Assembly: GCA_965231905.1 (NCBI GenBank)
Contig: CBDDOO010000001.1
Coordinates: forward strand, 523,640 to 587,639
DNA: 64,000 bases
Reading direction: 5' to 3'
DNA from: Arenicellales bacterium
GTDB taxonomy: Bacteria > Pseudomonadota > Gammaproteobacteria > Arenicellales > Poriferihabitantaceae
Below are positions 47,948-63,744 of the stretch, one piece after another. How positions within the stretch are numbered: the first letter of the stretch is position 1; each line of letters starts with the position of its first letter. The notes beneath the pieces were generated by a model that worked only from the letters and a program-made list of their open reading frames with translations, did no database searches and was not told the DNA's origin. The position numbers and the translations under genes were made by a program.

Positions 47948-49537
47948 TCAGTCGCGTTTCGCTCGAATCCCCAGTAGATTCCGTTCAGTCCGCCCGAAAG
48001 CCATCGCCACATGGTGAATCGGCTTCCCCTGGTTTCGGTACTTCTCGCTATATCCCTTCTCCTGTATCTGCGCCATCGCCTGGTCCAGAGCGGCCTGTGC
48101 TCCTGCTTCACTCTCCACTACCTTGAATTCCATCACGAACACCTGACCGGCATGCAAAAGCACCATGTCAGAGCGGCCATGGCTGGAGGTTTCTTCCACC
48201 CGCAGAACTGACCCAAGGGCCCTGAAAGTCATGTACAGAAGACTCGCATACCAGGATTCGTAACGGCTCAGGTCACCACGGTCATGCCACGGGTGCGGAA
48301 TCCCCGAAAGCCAGGGCCGCAGCTCTTCGGCAAATCCCTCAAAATCCTGTCCGGCCAGCAATCGAAGCAGTTCCTCTCCCTTCTTCGTGATGCGGTCGAT
48401 ACCCGTCACATGCCGCAGCAGTCCCCGGTTCAGACTCAACGCCACTTCATGATTCGGATAGTCCAACCGGTATTCGGTTAAGTCTCCCGACCGCTCCTTC
48501 CCGGTAATAGTCAGATAGCCCGTCTGGAACAGCAGGGCATCCATGTGGTAGCTCTCCACATCGAACGTTGAAACCAGTTCCTTGTCCGCCGTGCGGTTTT
48601 GCAGTTCCATCGGGCTGATCCCCTTCCTGACCAGTTCCCGGTACAGGAAGGTCGGCGTGCCGGTCCGGAACCAGTAGGGCTCGAATTCCCGATCATCGAA
48701 CAGCAGCAGCATATCGAACGGGTTGTAGACCTTCTCTTCACCCAGCCAACTGTAGCCGTTGTACCAGCGTTTGATCTCGTCCCGATCCAATCCCGGCAAC
48801 TCCGGTGCGAACACCGTATCCAGGTCACGGTCCGTGTAGCCGCAGATGGTGGCGTACCTCGGATCCAGGCTGATGTTCTTCAGGTTGTTGAGGCCCGAGA
48901 ACAGATTCACATTCGAGAACATGCTGATCCCGGTGATAAAGACAAACCGGATATGATGGGCGCTGCCCTTGATGATGCCGTAGAATCCTTTCAAGCAGTC
49001 CCGATTGGCCTTGGCCAGTTCCGGGTCTTCCAGCACATCCAGAATCGGCTTGTCGTACTCGTCGATCAGGACCACTACCTCATGACCGGTCTTATCATGA
49101 AGGCGGTCCAGCAGATCCAGAAAACGGTCCGGGCCGGAATTTTCCGCTGAACCTTGTTCCAGACCAAAATGCCGCTCGGTGATGGTCAACTGCATGTGAA
49201 CATTCTTCTCCAGTGCTTCCAGACTGTTGTATTGGCTATCGAAGCTGATCCGCACCACCGGATGCTTCCGGTCCGGGTTCCAGTCCCAGTGGTCGTGGAT
49301 ATCCAGTCCCCGGAACAATTCTTCGTTTCCTTCGAACAGTTCACGCAGGGTATCGAGCAGCAAACTCTTGCCGAACCGGCGTGGGCGGGACAGGAAGTAG
49401 TAGGAACCCCGATCGATCATCTGCCAAATCAGGGGGGTCTTGTCGACATAGTAACAGTTCCGCTCCCGGATATTGCGAAAGGTCTGGATTCCGATCGGAA
49501 GCCGGCGACGGATCATGTTTTTGTCCACTTTCATCAC
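47948..49537 (-). CDS. AAA-ATPase-like protein with C-terminal PD-(D/E)XK nuclease domain (start possibly ATG 49516)
   Basis: LPIGIQTF, YYVDKT, LSRPRRFGKSL, VLIDEYDKP, FITGIS, YNGY and GRSDMVL...VMEFK. Confidence 0.88.
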   Translation of the reverse strand: MMKVDKNMIRRRLPIGIQTFRNIRERNCYYVDKTPLIWQMIDRGSYYFLSRPRRFGKSLLLDTLRELFEGNEELFRGLDIHDHWDWNPDRKHPVVRISFDSQYNSLEALEKNVHMQLTITERHFGLEQGSAENSGPDRFLDLLDRLHDKTGHEVVVLIDEYDKPILDVLEDPELAKANRDCLKGFYGIIKGSAHHIRFVFITGISMFSNVNLFSGLNNLKNISLDPRYATICGYTDRDLDTVFAPELPGLDRDEIKRWYNGYSWLGEEKVYNPFDMLLLFDDREFEPYWFRTGTPTFLYRELVRKGISPMELQNRTADKELVSTFDVESYHMDALLFQTGYLTITGKERSGDLTEYRLDYPNHEVALSLNRGLLRHVTGIDRITKKGEELLRLLAGQDFEGFAEELRPWLSGIPHPWHDRGDLSRYESWYASLLYMTFRALGSVLRVEETSSHGRSDMVLLHAGQVFVMEFKVVESEAGAQAALDQAMAQIQEKGYSEKYRNQGKPIHHVAMAFGRTERNLLGIRAKRD

Positions 49538-49593
49538 CCGAACATCATAACACGGGGAACATCAGGGTGAACCATGCCTGATCAATCAATTGA

Positions 49594-52136
<2,543 letters not shown>

Positions 52137-52213
52137 GGACAATGCCGGATCAGGATAAGCGGCAGGATAATCAAATGCGTTACGCAGGGACAATCCCCCG
52201 TGGTTGTCCGTGA

Positions 52214-53877
<1,664 letters not shown>

Positions 53878-53912
53878 GTCGGCAAGTCAACCCGTAAAGT
53901 TCTCTTTCGTTC

Positions 53913-55064
53913 ATGACCCTTCACTTTACTGAACAGGAATTCAGTCAGCGGCAGAACGCAGTGCGCCGGTCGCTGGTTGCCGGGGGACTGGACGGATTGC
54001 TGGTTTTCCGTCAGGAGAGTATGTACTACCTGACCGGTTATGATACCTCGGGTTACACGATGTTTCAGGGTATGTACATGGATGTGGACGGGAAACTGTT
54101 TTTACTGACCCGGTCTGCTGACCGCATTCAGTCCAGATTGACTTCGGTGATCGGTGATATTCGGATCTGGGAGGATGGTGACGGAGTGAATCCCGGCAAT
54201 ATTCTGCGGCAGGTGATGCGTGAATACGGCGCAGCGGGACGGAGAATCGGGATTGAATATCATGCCTATGGCCTGACTGGTCAACGCTCAAGAATGATTG
54301 ATGAAGCCTTGAGCGGCTTCTGTGTGACCACCGATGCATCCGACCTGATCCGGAAAATCAGACTGGTTAAAAGCGAATCGGAGTTGGCGTACGTCAGAAA
54401 AGCCGGGGAAATTTCCGACCTGGCCTGGCAGATTGCAAATCAGAAAACCGTCCCCGGGGCATTCCTTGGGGATGTTTACGGGGAAATGATGCAGGCAGTC
54501 CTGTCCGCCGATGGTGACCCGAGCGCCAGTCGCTGGATTATGGGGGCCGGGTCAGACGCAATGATGATTCGCTACCATACCGGCAAGAATCATGTTACCG
54601 GGAATGACCAGGTGCAGCATGAATTTGCCGGCGCTTACCGGCACTATCACGCCGCGGCGATGAGTGTGATCGTCACCGGCAAGCCGACCCCCGTGCAATC
54701 CGGTATGTTTGACGCCTGTCGCGATACCCTGCTGGCATGTGAAGATACTCTCAAGCCGGGTAATACGGTCGGCGGGATTTACCGGACCCATGTCGATGGG
54801 TTCGTAAAGGCGGGCTACGGTCATGCAACCCTGAAGGCCTGTGGTTATTCCATGGGCATATCCTATCCGCCGACCTGGATGGACTGGCCGATGATATGGC
54901 GGGACAACCCGGAGGTCATTGAACCCGGCATGGTGTTCTTCATCCACATGATATTACTCGATGACACGACCGGATTGACCATGAGTCTCGGAGAAACCAG
55001 CATCGTCACCCCAGCCGGCCCCGAACGGGTCAATCACGCGCCGATGGAACTGGTTGTGAATTGA
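53913..55064 (+). CDS. M24/creatinase-fold hydrolase, DoeA (ectoine hydrolase)-like subfamily
   Basis: YYLTGYD, IRLVKSESEL and GYSMGISYPPTW; the usual aminopeptidase-P metal ligands are replaced (GYS for GHG, FIHM for TVEP). Confidence 0.75.
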   Translation: MTLHFTEQEFSQRQNAVRRSLVAGGLDGLLVFRQESMYYLTGYDTSGYTMFQGMYMDVDGKLFLLTRSADRIQSRLTSVIGDIRIWEDGDGVNPGNILRQVMREYGAAGRRIGIEYHAYGLTGQRSRMIDEALSGFCVTTDASDLIRKIRLVKSESELAYVRKAGEISDLAWQIANQKTVPGAFLGDVYGEMMQAVLSADGDPSASRWIMGAGSDAMMIRYHTGKNHVTGNDQVQHEFAGAYRHYHAAAMSVIVTGKPTPVQSGMFDACRDTLLACEDTLKPGNTVGGIYRTHVDGFVKAGYGHATLKACGYSMGISYPPTWMDWPMIWRDNPEVIEPGMVFFIHMILLDDTTGLTMSLGETSIVTPAGPERVNHAPMELVVN

Positions 55065-55193
55065 ACTGCGCTGTTTGTCAATCCGTGGAGTTCATTTGAT
55101 AGACGGCAAGCTACGCGCCCTGGTTTCGCTGACTTCTCTCAAGGGATCGTGTGGGGGATGTCGACCGGTTTATGGATGGTTGCGATTAATTGC

Positions 55194-55220
55194 GTAGGGG
55201 CGGGTCTCTGTGCCCGCCCG
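55194..55220 (+). repeat. GTAG-type REP palindrome
   Basis: GTAGGGGCGGGTCTCTGTGCCCGCCCG; stem GGGCGGG/CCCGCCC. Confidence 0.75.
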
Positions 55221-56636
55221 TGTTATTCTCGTATGCGGATGATGACGGTTCCGGCATCAGCGAGTGATCGTAAATACAGGTTCGGATACAGCCCCCTGTT
55301 GGCGGCTGGAGGGCAAAAAGCGGGTAGCGAAAAAGAGTGGAAAGTTGTGGTGAGAACTCCACTCTGTCTTTTTTTCATGTGGATTTGCAGAGAGAATTTG
55401 ACAAAAAATTAAAGGTTTGCAGAGAGATTAAAAAGAGAATGAAGAAACTAAAAATGCACAGTCCGAACCTGACGAACGATAATATAGCGAGAATCCGCGA
55501 CCTGTTTCCGGGCTGTGTGACTGAAACGAAGGATGAAAACGACAAACTGCGTCTGGCGATTGATTTTGACCAACTGAGGCAGGAGCTTAGTGATGAAATT
55601 GTAGAAGGGCCACAGGAACGCTATCGCCTGGACTGGCCGGGCAAGCGCGAAGCAATGCTGGCTGCCAACGCCCCCATTGCCAAAACCCTGCGCCCGTGCC
55701 GGGAAGAAAGTGTTGATTTTGATACGACAAAAAACCTGTTCATCGAAGGCGATAATCTGGATGCGCTTAAACTGCTACAGGAAACTTACCTCGGCAAGGT
55801 CAAGATGATCTATATCGACCCACCGTATAACACGGGGAATGATTTTATTTATGAGGATGATTTTGCTGAAAATGCTGAAGAGTTCCTGGTTAGGTCAAAC
55901 CAGAAAGATGAAAGCGGTAACCGTCTTGTGGCCAATAAGGATAGCAATGGACGTTTTCATTCAGATTGGTTGAGTTTTATTTATCCAAGACTAAAGTTGG
56001 CTCGAAATTTACAGCATAATGAAGCTCTGATTTTCGTATCCATAGATTCTGGCGAGCAGGCAAATCTTAAACGAATTATGGATGAACTTTACGGCGAAGA
56101 AAATTTTATTTCCAACATCGTCTGGGAGAAACGCTTCACGCGTAGTAACAATGCTAAGACATTCGCAACACTTACTGAAACATTGATTTGTTATCGGAAG
56201 TCTCAGGCCTTGGAACTAATTCGAGAACCGCGTAATGAAAAAGCCGATTCGACTTATACAAATCCAGACAATGACCCTCGAGGCGTGTGGACAAGTGTTT
56301 CGTATGTAAACCCTGCCACGAAAGAACAAAGACCTAACCTGTCGTATCCGTTGATAAATCCAATCACTGGAGAACAAGTCGTTCATGAGACCCATGCTTG
56401 GAAATATAAAAAAGAAGTATATAAACAGCATGCTGCCGAAAATCGACTTTATTGGGGTACGAATGGTGGCAATAAATATCCTCGTTTGAAACGTTTTCTT
56501 GCTGAGATAGGTGACGGGATGGTTCCAGTTGATTTTTGGGATCGAGAATCTGTCGGAACAACAGATGGAGCTAGCAATAAACTGAATGCGTTAATGGGGG
56601 CAAAAGTATTTGATTTTCCTAAACCACATACCTTGA

Positions 56637-57832
56637 GGAATCTCTGATTAATCAGTTTCTATTGTATAATTTTTGTACTTCATACTGACTGGAGATATTT
56701 CCGATGCGCCAGAGTACTTTTTCCGAAGCTGGATTTGACAAATACAAGAAACAGACGCGCAAGGAGCGTTTTCTGGATGAGATGGAGCAAATCATTCCGT
56801 GGGTGGAGTTGAATGCAGTCATCGAACCTTTTTATCCCAAACCGCAAGGGGCAGGCCGCAGGCCGATTGGAATAGACCGGATGTTGCGGATTCACTTTCT
56901 GCAACACTGGTTCAGTCTTTCGGACCCGGCTGCCGAGGAAGCGTTGTACGATTCGTTGTCGATGCGCCGGTTTGTGGGCATAGACCTGGGTCGGGAGCCG
57001 GCTCCCGACGAGACCACGATCTGCAAGTTTCGTCATCTGATGGAGAAGCATAACCTGGGGGAACGATTGTTCGGACTGGTCAATGAATATTTGGGTGAGA
57101 ACGGACTGAAGGTGAATCGGGGTACGATCGTGGATGCCAGCATCATCTGCGCACCGAGTTCGACCAAGAACCGGGAGAAGAAACGAGACCCCCAGATGCA
57201 CTCGACGCGCAAGGGGCAGCAATGGTACTTTGGTATGAAGGCGCATATCGGTGTGGACAGTCGCAGCAAGCTGATTCATTCGGTGGTGGCTACGCCGGCG
57301 AATGTTCATGATTCACAGGTTCTGCCGGAACTTCTGCACGGGAAAGAGACCCGTGTATGGGGAGACTCGGCCTATACGGGTCAGAAGGCGGTGATTTCAC
57401 AGGTAGCGCCGGAGGCGAAGGATTTCACTCATTCGAAGGGGACGCGCTACCGCAAATTGACGGAGAAGGAGCGCTTGAAGAATCGAACCAAGTCCCGGAT
57501 ACGGTCGAAGGTGGAACATCAGTTCGGTATTCTCAAGCGGCAGTTCGGTTTTACCCGGGTTCGTTACCGGGGGCTGGAGAAGAACACGCATCGACTGGTT
57601 GTGGCCTGTGCCTTAAGCAATCTGGTGATGGCGAAGAAAGTACTGTTGAGACAAAGGCGGTTGAAACTGCAGGCTACGTACGCCTGAAAAATGAAAAGAG
57701 GGGGAGAATGCTTGTATTTCCCCGCTCCCGCTCACTGATTCCGGGCCATTCTGTCTTTCAGACCCACTCATATCCCGGATTTACAAAAATGACTACCCAA
57801 AATCCCCAAAACTCGTATTGTTCAGACTTTCC
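56637..57832 (+). mobile_element. IS5-family insertion sequence, 1196 bp, 4-bp target duplication TTGA
   Basis: Left end GGAATCTCTGATTAA versus right end (reverse complement) GGAAAGTCTGAACAA, 11/15 identical; TTGA at 56633-56636 and 57833-57836. Confidence 0.92.
56704..57687 (+). CDS. IS5-family (IS5 subgroup) DDE transposase
   Basis: RKERFLDEM, PDETTI, GTIVDAS, GMKAHIGVD, WGDSAY and RSKVEHQFG..KRQFG. Confidence 0.95.
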   Translation: MRQSTFSEAGFDKYKKQTRKERFLDEMEQIIPWVELNAVIEPFYPKPQGAGRRPIGIDRMLRIHFLQHWFSLSDPAAEEALYDSLSMRRFVGIDLGREPAPDETTICKFRHLMEKHNLGERLFGLVNEYLGENGLKVNRGTIVDASIICAPSSTKNREKKRDPQMHSTRKGQQWYFGMKAHIGVDSRSKLIHSVVATPANVHDSQVLPELLHGKETRVWGDSAYTGQKAVISQVAPEAKDFTHSKGTRYRKLTEKERLKNRTKSRIRSKVEHQFGILKRQFGFTRVRYRGLEKNTHRLVVACALSNLVMAKKVLLRQRRLKLQATYA

Positions 57833-58535
57833 TTGATAATGAGAGCGTTAAGGCACAGTGCTTTTAATGATGATGTAGTAATCGACTTTTTTGCTGGCTC
57901 TGGGTCTACTGCCCAAGCGGTCATGGAACAAAATGCATTAGACGGTGGTAACCGCAAGTTCATCATGGTTCAATTCCCCGAACCCTGCGGTAAAAAATCT
58001 GAAGCATTCAAGGCGGGCTACAAAAACATCGCAGAAATTTCAAAGGAACGTATCCGCCGCGCCGGACAACAGATCCTCGAAGGCGAATGCCACGAGGGCT
58101 GGAACAAGGACATTGGTTTCCGTGTCTTGAAGATTGACACATCCAACATGGCGGATGTCTATTATACACCGCAAGAGACAAAGCAGTCTGATCTATTGGC
58201 TGCGGTTGATACTATCAAACCGGGGCGGGATAACCCCGAAGACCTTCTGTTTCAGGCGCTGGTGGATTGGGGTGTTGACCTCACCCTGCCGGTTCGCCGT
58301 CAGACCATTCAGGGTAAAACCGTCTTTTTCGTCAATCATGAACCTTATGACCTGATCGCCTGCTTCGATGAAGGCATTACCGAAGAGTTGGTCAGGGAAC
58401 TGGCTGCTTACAAGCCCTTGCGTGTGGTCTTTCGTGACAATGGCTTTGCCTCGGATGCAGTGAAGATCAACGTAGACCAGATTTTCCGCCAGCTTTCTTC
58501 ATCCACCGACGTGAAATCCGTTTAAGGAGAGTGTA

Positions 58536-59582
58536 ATGGAGACCGAGAGTATCCAGCCTTCCGTTGGCGAGGTTATCCTGTATGAGACAGAGGATGGACG
58601 CACCCGTGTAGAGTGTCATTTTGTCGATGAAACGCTTTGGCTTTCCCAGGCGCAGATAGCAGACTTGTTTGGTATCACAACGCCGACGGTAAATGAACAT
58701 TTGAAAGCTCTGTATGATAGTGAAGAACTGGCGCCAGAGGCAACTATTCGGAAATTCCGAATAGTTCGAACGGAGGGCAAACGGCAGGTCACGCGTAATA
58801 TCGATCATTATAATCTGGAGGCGATATTAGCGGTAGGCTACCATGTGCGTTCAGTTCGCGGCAGTCAGTTCCGGCGTTGGGCCAGCGAACGCCTGCAGGA
58901 ATATCTGGTCAAGGGTTTCACGATGGATGACGAGCGGCTCAAAAACCCGCCAGCGCCGGAGTGTGGTATCCCTGATTATTTTGATGAATTACTGGAACGC
59001 ATTCGTGACATCCGCGCCAGTGAAGCGAGGCTGTATCTGAGAGTGCGTGAGATTTTTGCACTGGCCAGTGATTATCAGTCGGCAGCCAGGGAAACCCGGT
59101 TTTTCTTCAAAACCATTCAGAACAAATTACATTATGCGGCAACCGGCATGACCGCTGCGGAATTAATTCATGATCGAGCGGACCATCTATTGCCGCACAT
59201 GGGATTGACAACCTTTCAAGGGAAACAGGTTACAAAACGCGAAGTATCTACGGCCAAGAATTATTTGAACGAGAAAGAAATTTCAGAATTAAACCGTATT
59301 GTCACCATGTGGCTGGATTTTGCCGAAGACCAGGCAAAGCGTCGTCAGCAAATTTATATGAAAGACTGGCAGCAAAAACTGGATGGTTTCCTGGTATTCA
59401 ATGACCGAATCCTTCTGGATGGCTCGGGAAAGATAAGCCACAAAAATGCGGTCGAATATGCTGAAAATGAATATGAAACATTCGCCGCTCATCGTCGGGC
59501 CTTGTTGGAAGCTGAGGGAGAACGCACATCTATTGAAGCCCTTAAACAGGTCGCCAAATCTATCAAAGAACCTCGGAAATGA
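58536..59582 (+). CDS. RhuM-family (virulence RhuM-like) DNA-binding protein
   Basis: [48 protein letters not shown] and AKNYL. Confidence 0.85.
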   Translation: METESIQPSVGEVILYETEDGRTRVECHFVDETLWLSQAQIADLFGITTPTVNEHLKALYDSEELAPEATIRKFRIVRTEGKRQVTRNIDHYNLEAILAVGYHVRSVRGSQFRRWASERLQEYLVKGFTMDDERLKNPPAPECGIPDYFDELLERIRDIRASEARLYLRVREIFALASDYQSAARETRFFFKTIQNKLHYAATGMTAAELIHDRADHLLPHMGLTTFQGKQVTKREVSTAKNYLNEKEISELNRIVTMWLDFAEDQAKRRQQIYMKDWQQKLDGFLVFNDRILLDGSGKISHKNAVEYAENEYETFAAHRRALLEAEGERTSIEALKQVAKSIKEPRK

Positions 59583-62500
59583 AGCTCAAATTCAAGGTCC
59601 AGCCCTTTCAAACCAATGCCGTTGATGCGGTGGTGGATTGCTTTGCCGGACAGCCGAGGGCTGATGGGTTCCGCTACCAGATGGATCAGGGGAGGCTTGA
59701 TTCGGGAAGAAATAAACAAATACGCATGGAAGACGATGGCTTCATGAATGCCGATATTCGCTTGACAGATATTCAGCTTCTGGAAAATATCCAGGCCGTG
59801 CAGAAACGGCAGGGCCTGCCGCCGTCAAAATCTCTCGCTGATTTCACGGAGACTGATGGAAAAGGTGTAGTCAAGGCGAAGGCGAGAAGTTACAGGCCGG
59901 GCGCCAGGCTCAATCTGGATATTGAAATGGAGACCGGCACCGGCAAAACGTATTGTTACATCAAGACGATGTTCGAGATGAACCAGCGATATGGCTGGTC
60001 GAAGTTTATTGTTATGGTGCCGAGTATCGCTATTCGCGAAGGGGTTTGTAAGTCCTTCCAGATGACTGCGGAGCATTTCACAGAGAGCTATGGCAAGAAG
60101 GCTCGGTTCTTCGTCTATAACTCCAAACGATTGCACGAACTGGAAAGCTTTTCGTCGGATGCCGGTATCAATGTAATGATCATCAATATCCAGGCTTTCA
60201 ATGCGCGCGGCGCGGACAACCGGCGGATTTACGATGAACTGGACGACTTTCAATCGCGCCGCCCGATTGACGTAATCAGCGCCAATTACCCGATCCTGAT
60301 TCTGGATGAACCCCAGAAGATGGAAGGCAAGGCTACGATGGAGGCCTTGCCGAAATTCAACCCGTTGTTCATCCTGCGTTATTCCGCGACCCACAGGACA
60401 CAACATCACCGTGTGCACCGGCTTGATGCACTGGATGCTTATAACCAGAAACTGGTGAAGAAGATTGCGGTGCGCGGGATACAGGTACGCGGGTTGGCGG
60501 GTACTAATGCCTGGCTTTATCTGGAGGGAATCGACATCTCAAAAAAAGCCCCGGTCGCGCGGATTGAACTCGAGATGAAGCAGAAATCCGGCGAGATCAG
60601 TCGAAAACGCAGGCGGCTTGAGTCCGGGAGCAATCTGTACGCTGTGTCCAGGGAACTGGACCAGTATCAGGGCTTCACTATTTCGCAGATCGATTATAAC
60701 GACGATACCGTAGAGTTTACCAACGGTGTCGTACTGCATGCCGGTGAAGTCAGGGGAGACGTAAATGAACGGGATATTCGTCGTATCCAGATACGTGAAG
60801 CCATCAAGGCGCATCTTGATAAGGAGAAGCAACTCTTTGAGAAAGGAATCAAGGTGTTGTCCTTGTTCTTCATTGATACTGTCTCCAAATATCGAGACTA
60901 TGACTCATTGGATGAAAAGGGTGAATATGCTCACCTCTTTGAAGAAGAATACAATTACCAGAAGGACGAATATCTATCGGAACTCGCCATTGATAACAAA
61001 GAATATCGGCAATATCTTTCCGGTATTGACGCTGCTAAAACCCACAATGGCTACTTTTCCATTGACAGGAAAACCAACCGGATGAAAGACCCGATGGCAA
61101 AAGCCAGGGGAGATGGCGCGGGGCTTTCAGATGATGAGGGCGCATACAACCTGATTTTGAAGGACAAGGAGCGGCTGCTCGCATTTGACGAGCCGACCCG
61201 CTTTATCTTTTCGCATTCGGCGCTGCGTGAGGGATGGGACAACCCGAATGTTTTTGTACTGTGTATGTTAAAGCACTCAGATAATACCCTGTCCCGTCGA
61301 CAGGAAGTTGGGCGCGGGCTGCGTCTTTGCGTTGATCAATATGGCGAGCGTATGGATCATCCGGCTATGGTTCATGATGTGAATGTGCTTACTGTGGTCG
61401 CCAGTGAGAGTTATGCGGACTTTGCTGTCGGTCTGCAAAAAGAAATAGCGGAGGCACTGACCGCACGGCCCAGAAAAGCCACCAAAGACTGGTTCACCGG
61501 CAAGGTTCTGGATACAGAATCCGGTCCCGTGGAAATAACTCCGCCTATGGCGAACCAGGTTTATCGTTACCTGGTTAAAAATGATTATACGGACGATGAT
61601 GACTGCATCGCCGATGCCTGGCATGCGGCAAAGGAATCCGATGAGTTGGCGGACTTGCCAGATGAACTGACGCCGTATAGCGAACGGATTATCGACCTGA
61701 TCGACAGTCTGTTCGATGACAGTAAGTTGCCGAAAATTGATGACGGGCGCAAACCCAAGACCAATCTGTTGAATGATAATTTCAAGAAGAAGGAATTTCA
61801 GGCTCTGTGGTCCCGTATCAATCGAAAGGCCGTCTATCGGGTTGACTTTGAATCCGATGAACTGATCAACAAGGCGGTTCGGGCGCTGGATAGTCAACTC
61901 CGTGTTACCCGGCGTACATACAATATCCAGAAAGGCGAGCAACGTTCCGATGTTACGGACGAGCAGTTGAGCGCGGGAGAGAGTTTCCAGATCACGAGTA
62001 CCAGTACCGAGAAGGGAGGGGCCGTTCATTCGGACGTCACTTACGACCTGATCGGCAATGTGGCGGGGAATACTCATCTCACCCGCAAGACGGTGGCGAG
62101 GATTCTGTCGGGTATTGAGTGCACAGTATTCGATCAGTTCCAGATGAATCCGGAACACTTCATCGCACAAGCGTCCCGATTGGTCAATGAGCAAAAAGCA
62201 ACCACAATCATTGAGCAACTCTGTTATGACAGGAGCGAGGACCGCTACGAAACCGATATTTTTACGGCAGCCCAGACAGGCCAGGATTTTTCACGCGCAG
62301 TCGGTAAACTCAATCATCATGTCTATGACTACGCAATTACCGATTCCAAAGTTGAGCGGGACTTCGTCAATGAATTGGATGTCAGCGCCGAAGTCGTGGT
62401 CTACGCAAAACTCCCGCGCGGCTTCCTGATTCCGACGCCGGTTGGTGACTATAATCCAGACTGGGCCATATCTTTCAAACAGGGTAGTGTCAAACACATT

Positions 62501-62728
62501 TATTTTGTTGCCGAGACAAAGGGTTCAATGTCCTCCATGAAGCTACGTGAAATCGAGAAAAACAAGATTGATTGCGCGCGCAAGTTTTTCGACGAGCTTA
62601 ACAGGCAGGTTCAGGCTGAGAGGGTCCAATACGATGTCGTCACTGATTATGCCGGATTGCTGGATCTGGTCAGTGGGAATTCGGCGCCATCGACAGACTA
62701 TGGTTCATTGGAGTATCGGGATATTTGA
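59579..62728 (+). CDS. res: Type III restriction enzyme Res subunit, apparently intact
   Basis: [36 protein letters not shown] and C-terminal nuclease YNPDWAI...VAETKG. Confidence 0.93.
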   Translation: MKLKFKVQPFQTNAVDAVVDCFAGQPRADGFRYQMDQGRLDSGRNKQIRMEDDGFMNADIRLTDIQLLENIQAVQKRQGLPPSKSLADFTETDGKGVVKAKARSYRPGARLNLDIEMETGTGKTYCYIKTMFEMNQRYGWSKFIVMVPSIAIREGVCKSFQMTAEHFTESYGKKARFFVYNSKRLHELESFSSDAGINVMIINIQAFNARGADNRRIYDELDDFQSRRPIDVISANYPILILDEPQKMEGKATMEALPKFNPLFILRYSATHRTQHHRVHRLDALDAYNQKLVKKIAVRGIQVRGLAGTNAWLYLEGIDISKKAPVARIELEMKQKSGEISRKRRRLESGSNLYAVSRELDQYQGFTISQIDYNDDTVEFTNGVVLHAGEVRGDVNERDIRRIQIREAIKAHLDKEKQLFEKGIKVLSLFFIDTVSKYRDYDSLDEKGEYAHLFEEEYNYQKDEYLSELAIDNKEYRQYLSGIDAAKTHNGYFSIDRKTNRMKDPMAKARGDGAGLSDDEGAYNLILKDKERLLAFDEPTRFIFSHSALREGWDNPNVFVLCMLKHSDNTLSRRQEVGRGLRLCVDQYGERMDHPAMVHDVNVLTVVASESYADFAVGLQKEIAEALTARPRKATKDWFTGKVLDTESGPVEITPPMANQVYRYLVKNDYTDDDDCIADAWHAAKESDELADLPDELTPYSERIIDLIDSLFDDSKLPKIDDGRKPKTNLLNDNFKKKEFQALWSRINRKAVYRVDFESDELINKAVRALDSQLRVTRRTYNIQKGEQRSDVTDEQLSAGESFQITSTSTEKGGAVHSDVTYDLIGNVAGNTHLTRKTVARILSGIECTVFDQFQMNPEHFIAQASRLVNEQKATTIIEQLCYDRSEDRYETDIFTAAQTGQDFSRAVGKLNHHVYDYAITDSKVERDFVNELDVSAEVVVYAKLPRGFLIPTPVGDYNPDWAISFKQGSVKHIYFVAETKGSMSSMKLREIEKNKIDCARKFFDELNRQVQAERVQYDVVTDYAGLLDLVSGNSAPSTDYGSLEYRDI

Positions 62729-62775
62729 CCCGGTGGGGGTGGGAATTCAATCACTCCGCATCGGGGCCGATAATA

Positions 62776-62803
62776 GCGGGCCGGCACGGAGACCGGCCCC
62801 TAC
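62776..62803 (-). repeat. GTAG-type REP palindrome
   Basis: Minus strand reads GTAGGGGCCGGTCTCCGTGCCGGCCCGC; stem GGGCCGG/CCGGCCC. Confidence 0.75.
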
Positions 62804-63744
62804 GAGAAACCTGCATGTATAAGCTCAGAGGCGCGACCTGTGTGCGCCTTACTGTTTAAGGGGTGGCGCCGAACCTTCGGCGGCGGGTTTTCGGGATACT
62901 GCGGCAGGCTGTCGGTGATGTCATGCCATCGCGCCTTGTTGTTCACCCAGAGGTGGTCGATGGGTCTGATTTCGGGGTCGTAATCCAATGACCCCAGGGG
63001 AATCACCGCAATACCCCGTTCCGCGTCGCGTCGCGGCATCAGGGAACTGCATACTTCGCAGAAAACCTGGGTGAAGTAGCGGGCATCCGGAATCTTGTAG
63101 GATCTGAGGCGGTCTTCACCGCTCAGAAACCGAACGTCGTTGTACGAGGCAAATCCGTTGGAGGCATGGGCTGCGGCGCGGCCGTACCGGCACCGAGAGC
63201 AATGACAATTATGAGCGGCTTTGAATGGTTTCGTGACTTCATAGGTGACGACGCCGCACAGGCAACTGCCACGAACCGGCCTCTCTGCCTTTTTCGGCAC
63301 GGGGACCCCTTTAACACTGGGAAGATCCGTTTCATCCGGATAACCGTCATGACGGGGCATATCACCGTTGATCGTATGCCAGGGTGGACTGTCAACGACG
63401 AAAATGTTGTAGTCGGGCTTCCGCATATCATCGTGACACCCGCCCGGAGCGACCCAGTGATTGTCCGCCTCGTTCGCATAGGGGACGACCGAGCCACAGA
63501 TATCACACGAACTGCGGACCAGGACCTCCGAAGACCGGTAGTGAACGATTGAATCCGTGCTGCTTGTCCAGCGAATCTCTCCCGGTCTGACAAAACAATA
63601 GGTGCCGAAAGCTGCGCCATGCACCTTCTGGCACATGCGGCAATGGCAGTTGTACATGGCATACGGTTCCGCCAGCAGTTCCCAGGTGATGCTGGCGCAT
63701 AGACACCTTCCCTTGTTCGTGGATTCCACAGGCTTCTCCATCAT
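62800..63744 (-). CDS. GFA/CENP-V family protein with two tandem domains
   Basis: GRCLCASITW...CHCRMCQK...CDICGS, then GSCLCGVVTY...CHCSRCR...FCEVCSS. Confidence 0.85.
   Translation of the reverse strand: MMEKPVESTNKGRCLCASITWELLAEPYAMYNCHCRMCQKVHGAAFGTYCFVRPGEIRWTSSTDSIVHYRSSEVLVRSSCDICGSVVPYANEADNHWVAPGGCHDDMRKPDYNIFVVDSPPWHTINGDMPRHDGYPDETDLPSVKGVPVPKKAERPVRGSCLCGVVTYEVTKPFKAAHNCHCSRCRYGRAAAHASNGFASYNDVRFLSGEDRLRSYKIPDARYFTQVFCEVCSSLMPRRDAERGIAVIPLGSLDYDPEIRPIDHLWVNNKARWHDITDSLPQYPENPPPKVRRHPLNSKAHTGRASELIHAGFS

Larger units (their letters stand above)
55439..58525 (+). pseudogene. mod: Type III restriction-modification methyltransferase Mod, interrupted by IS5
   Basis: N-half has NLFIEGDNL and IYIDPPY; C-half has DFFAGSGST and IGFRVLKID. 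Removing 56637-57836 restores FDFPKPHTL-IMRAL in frame. Confidence 0.9.
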
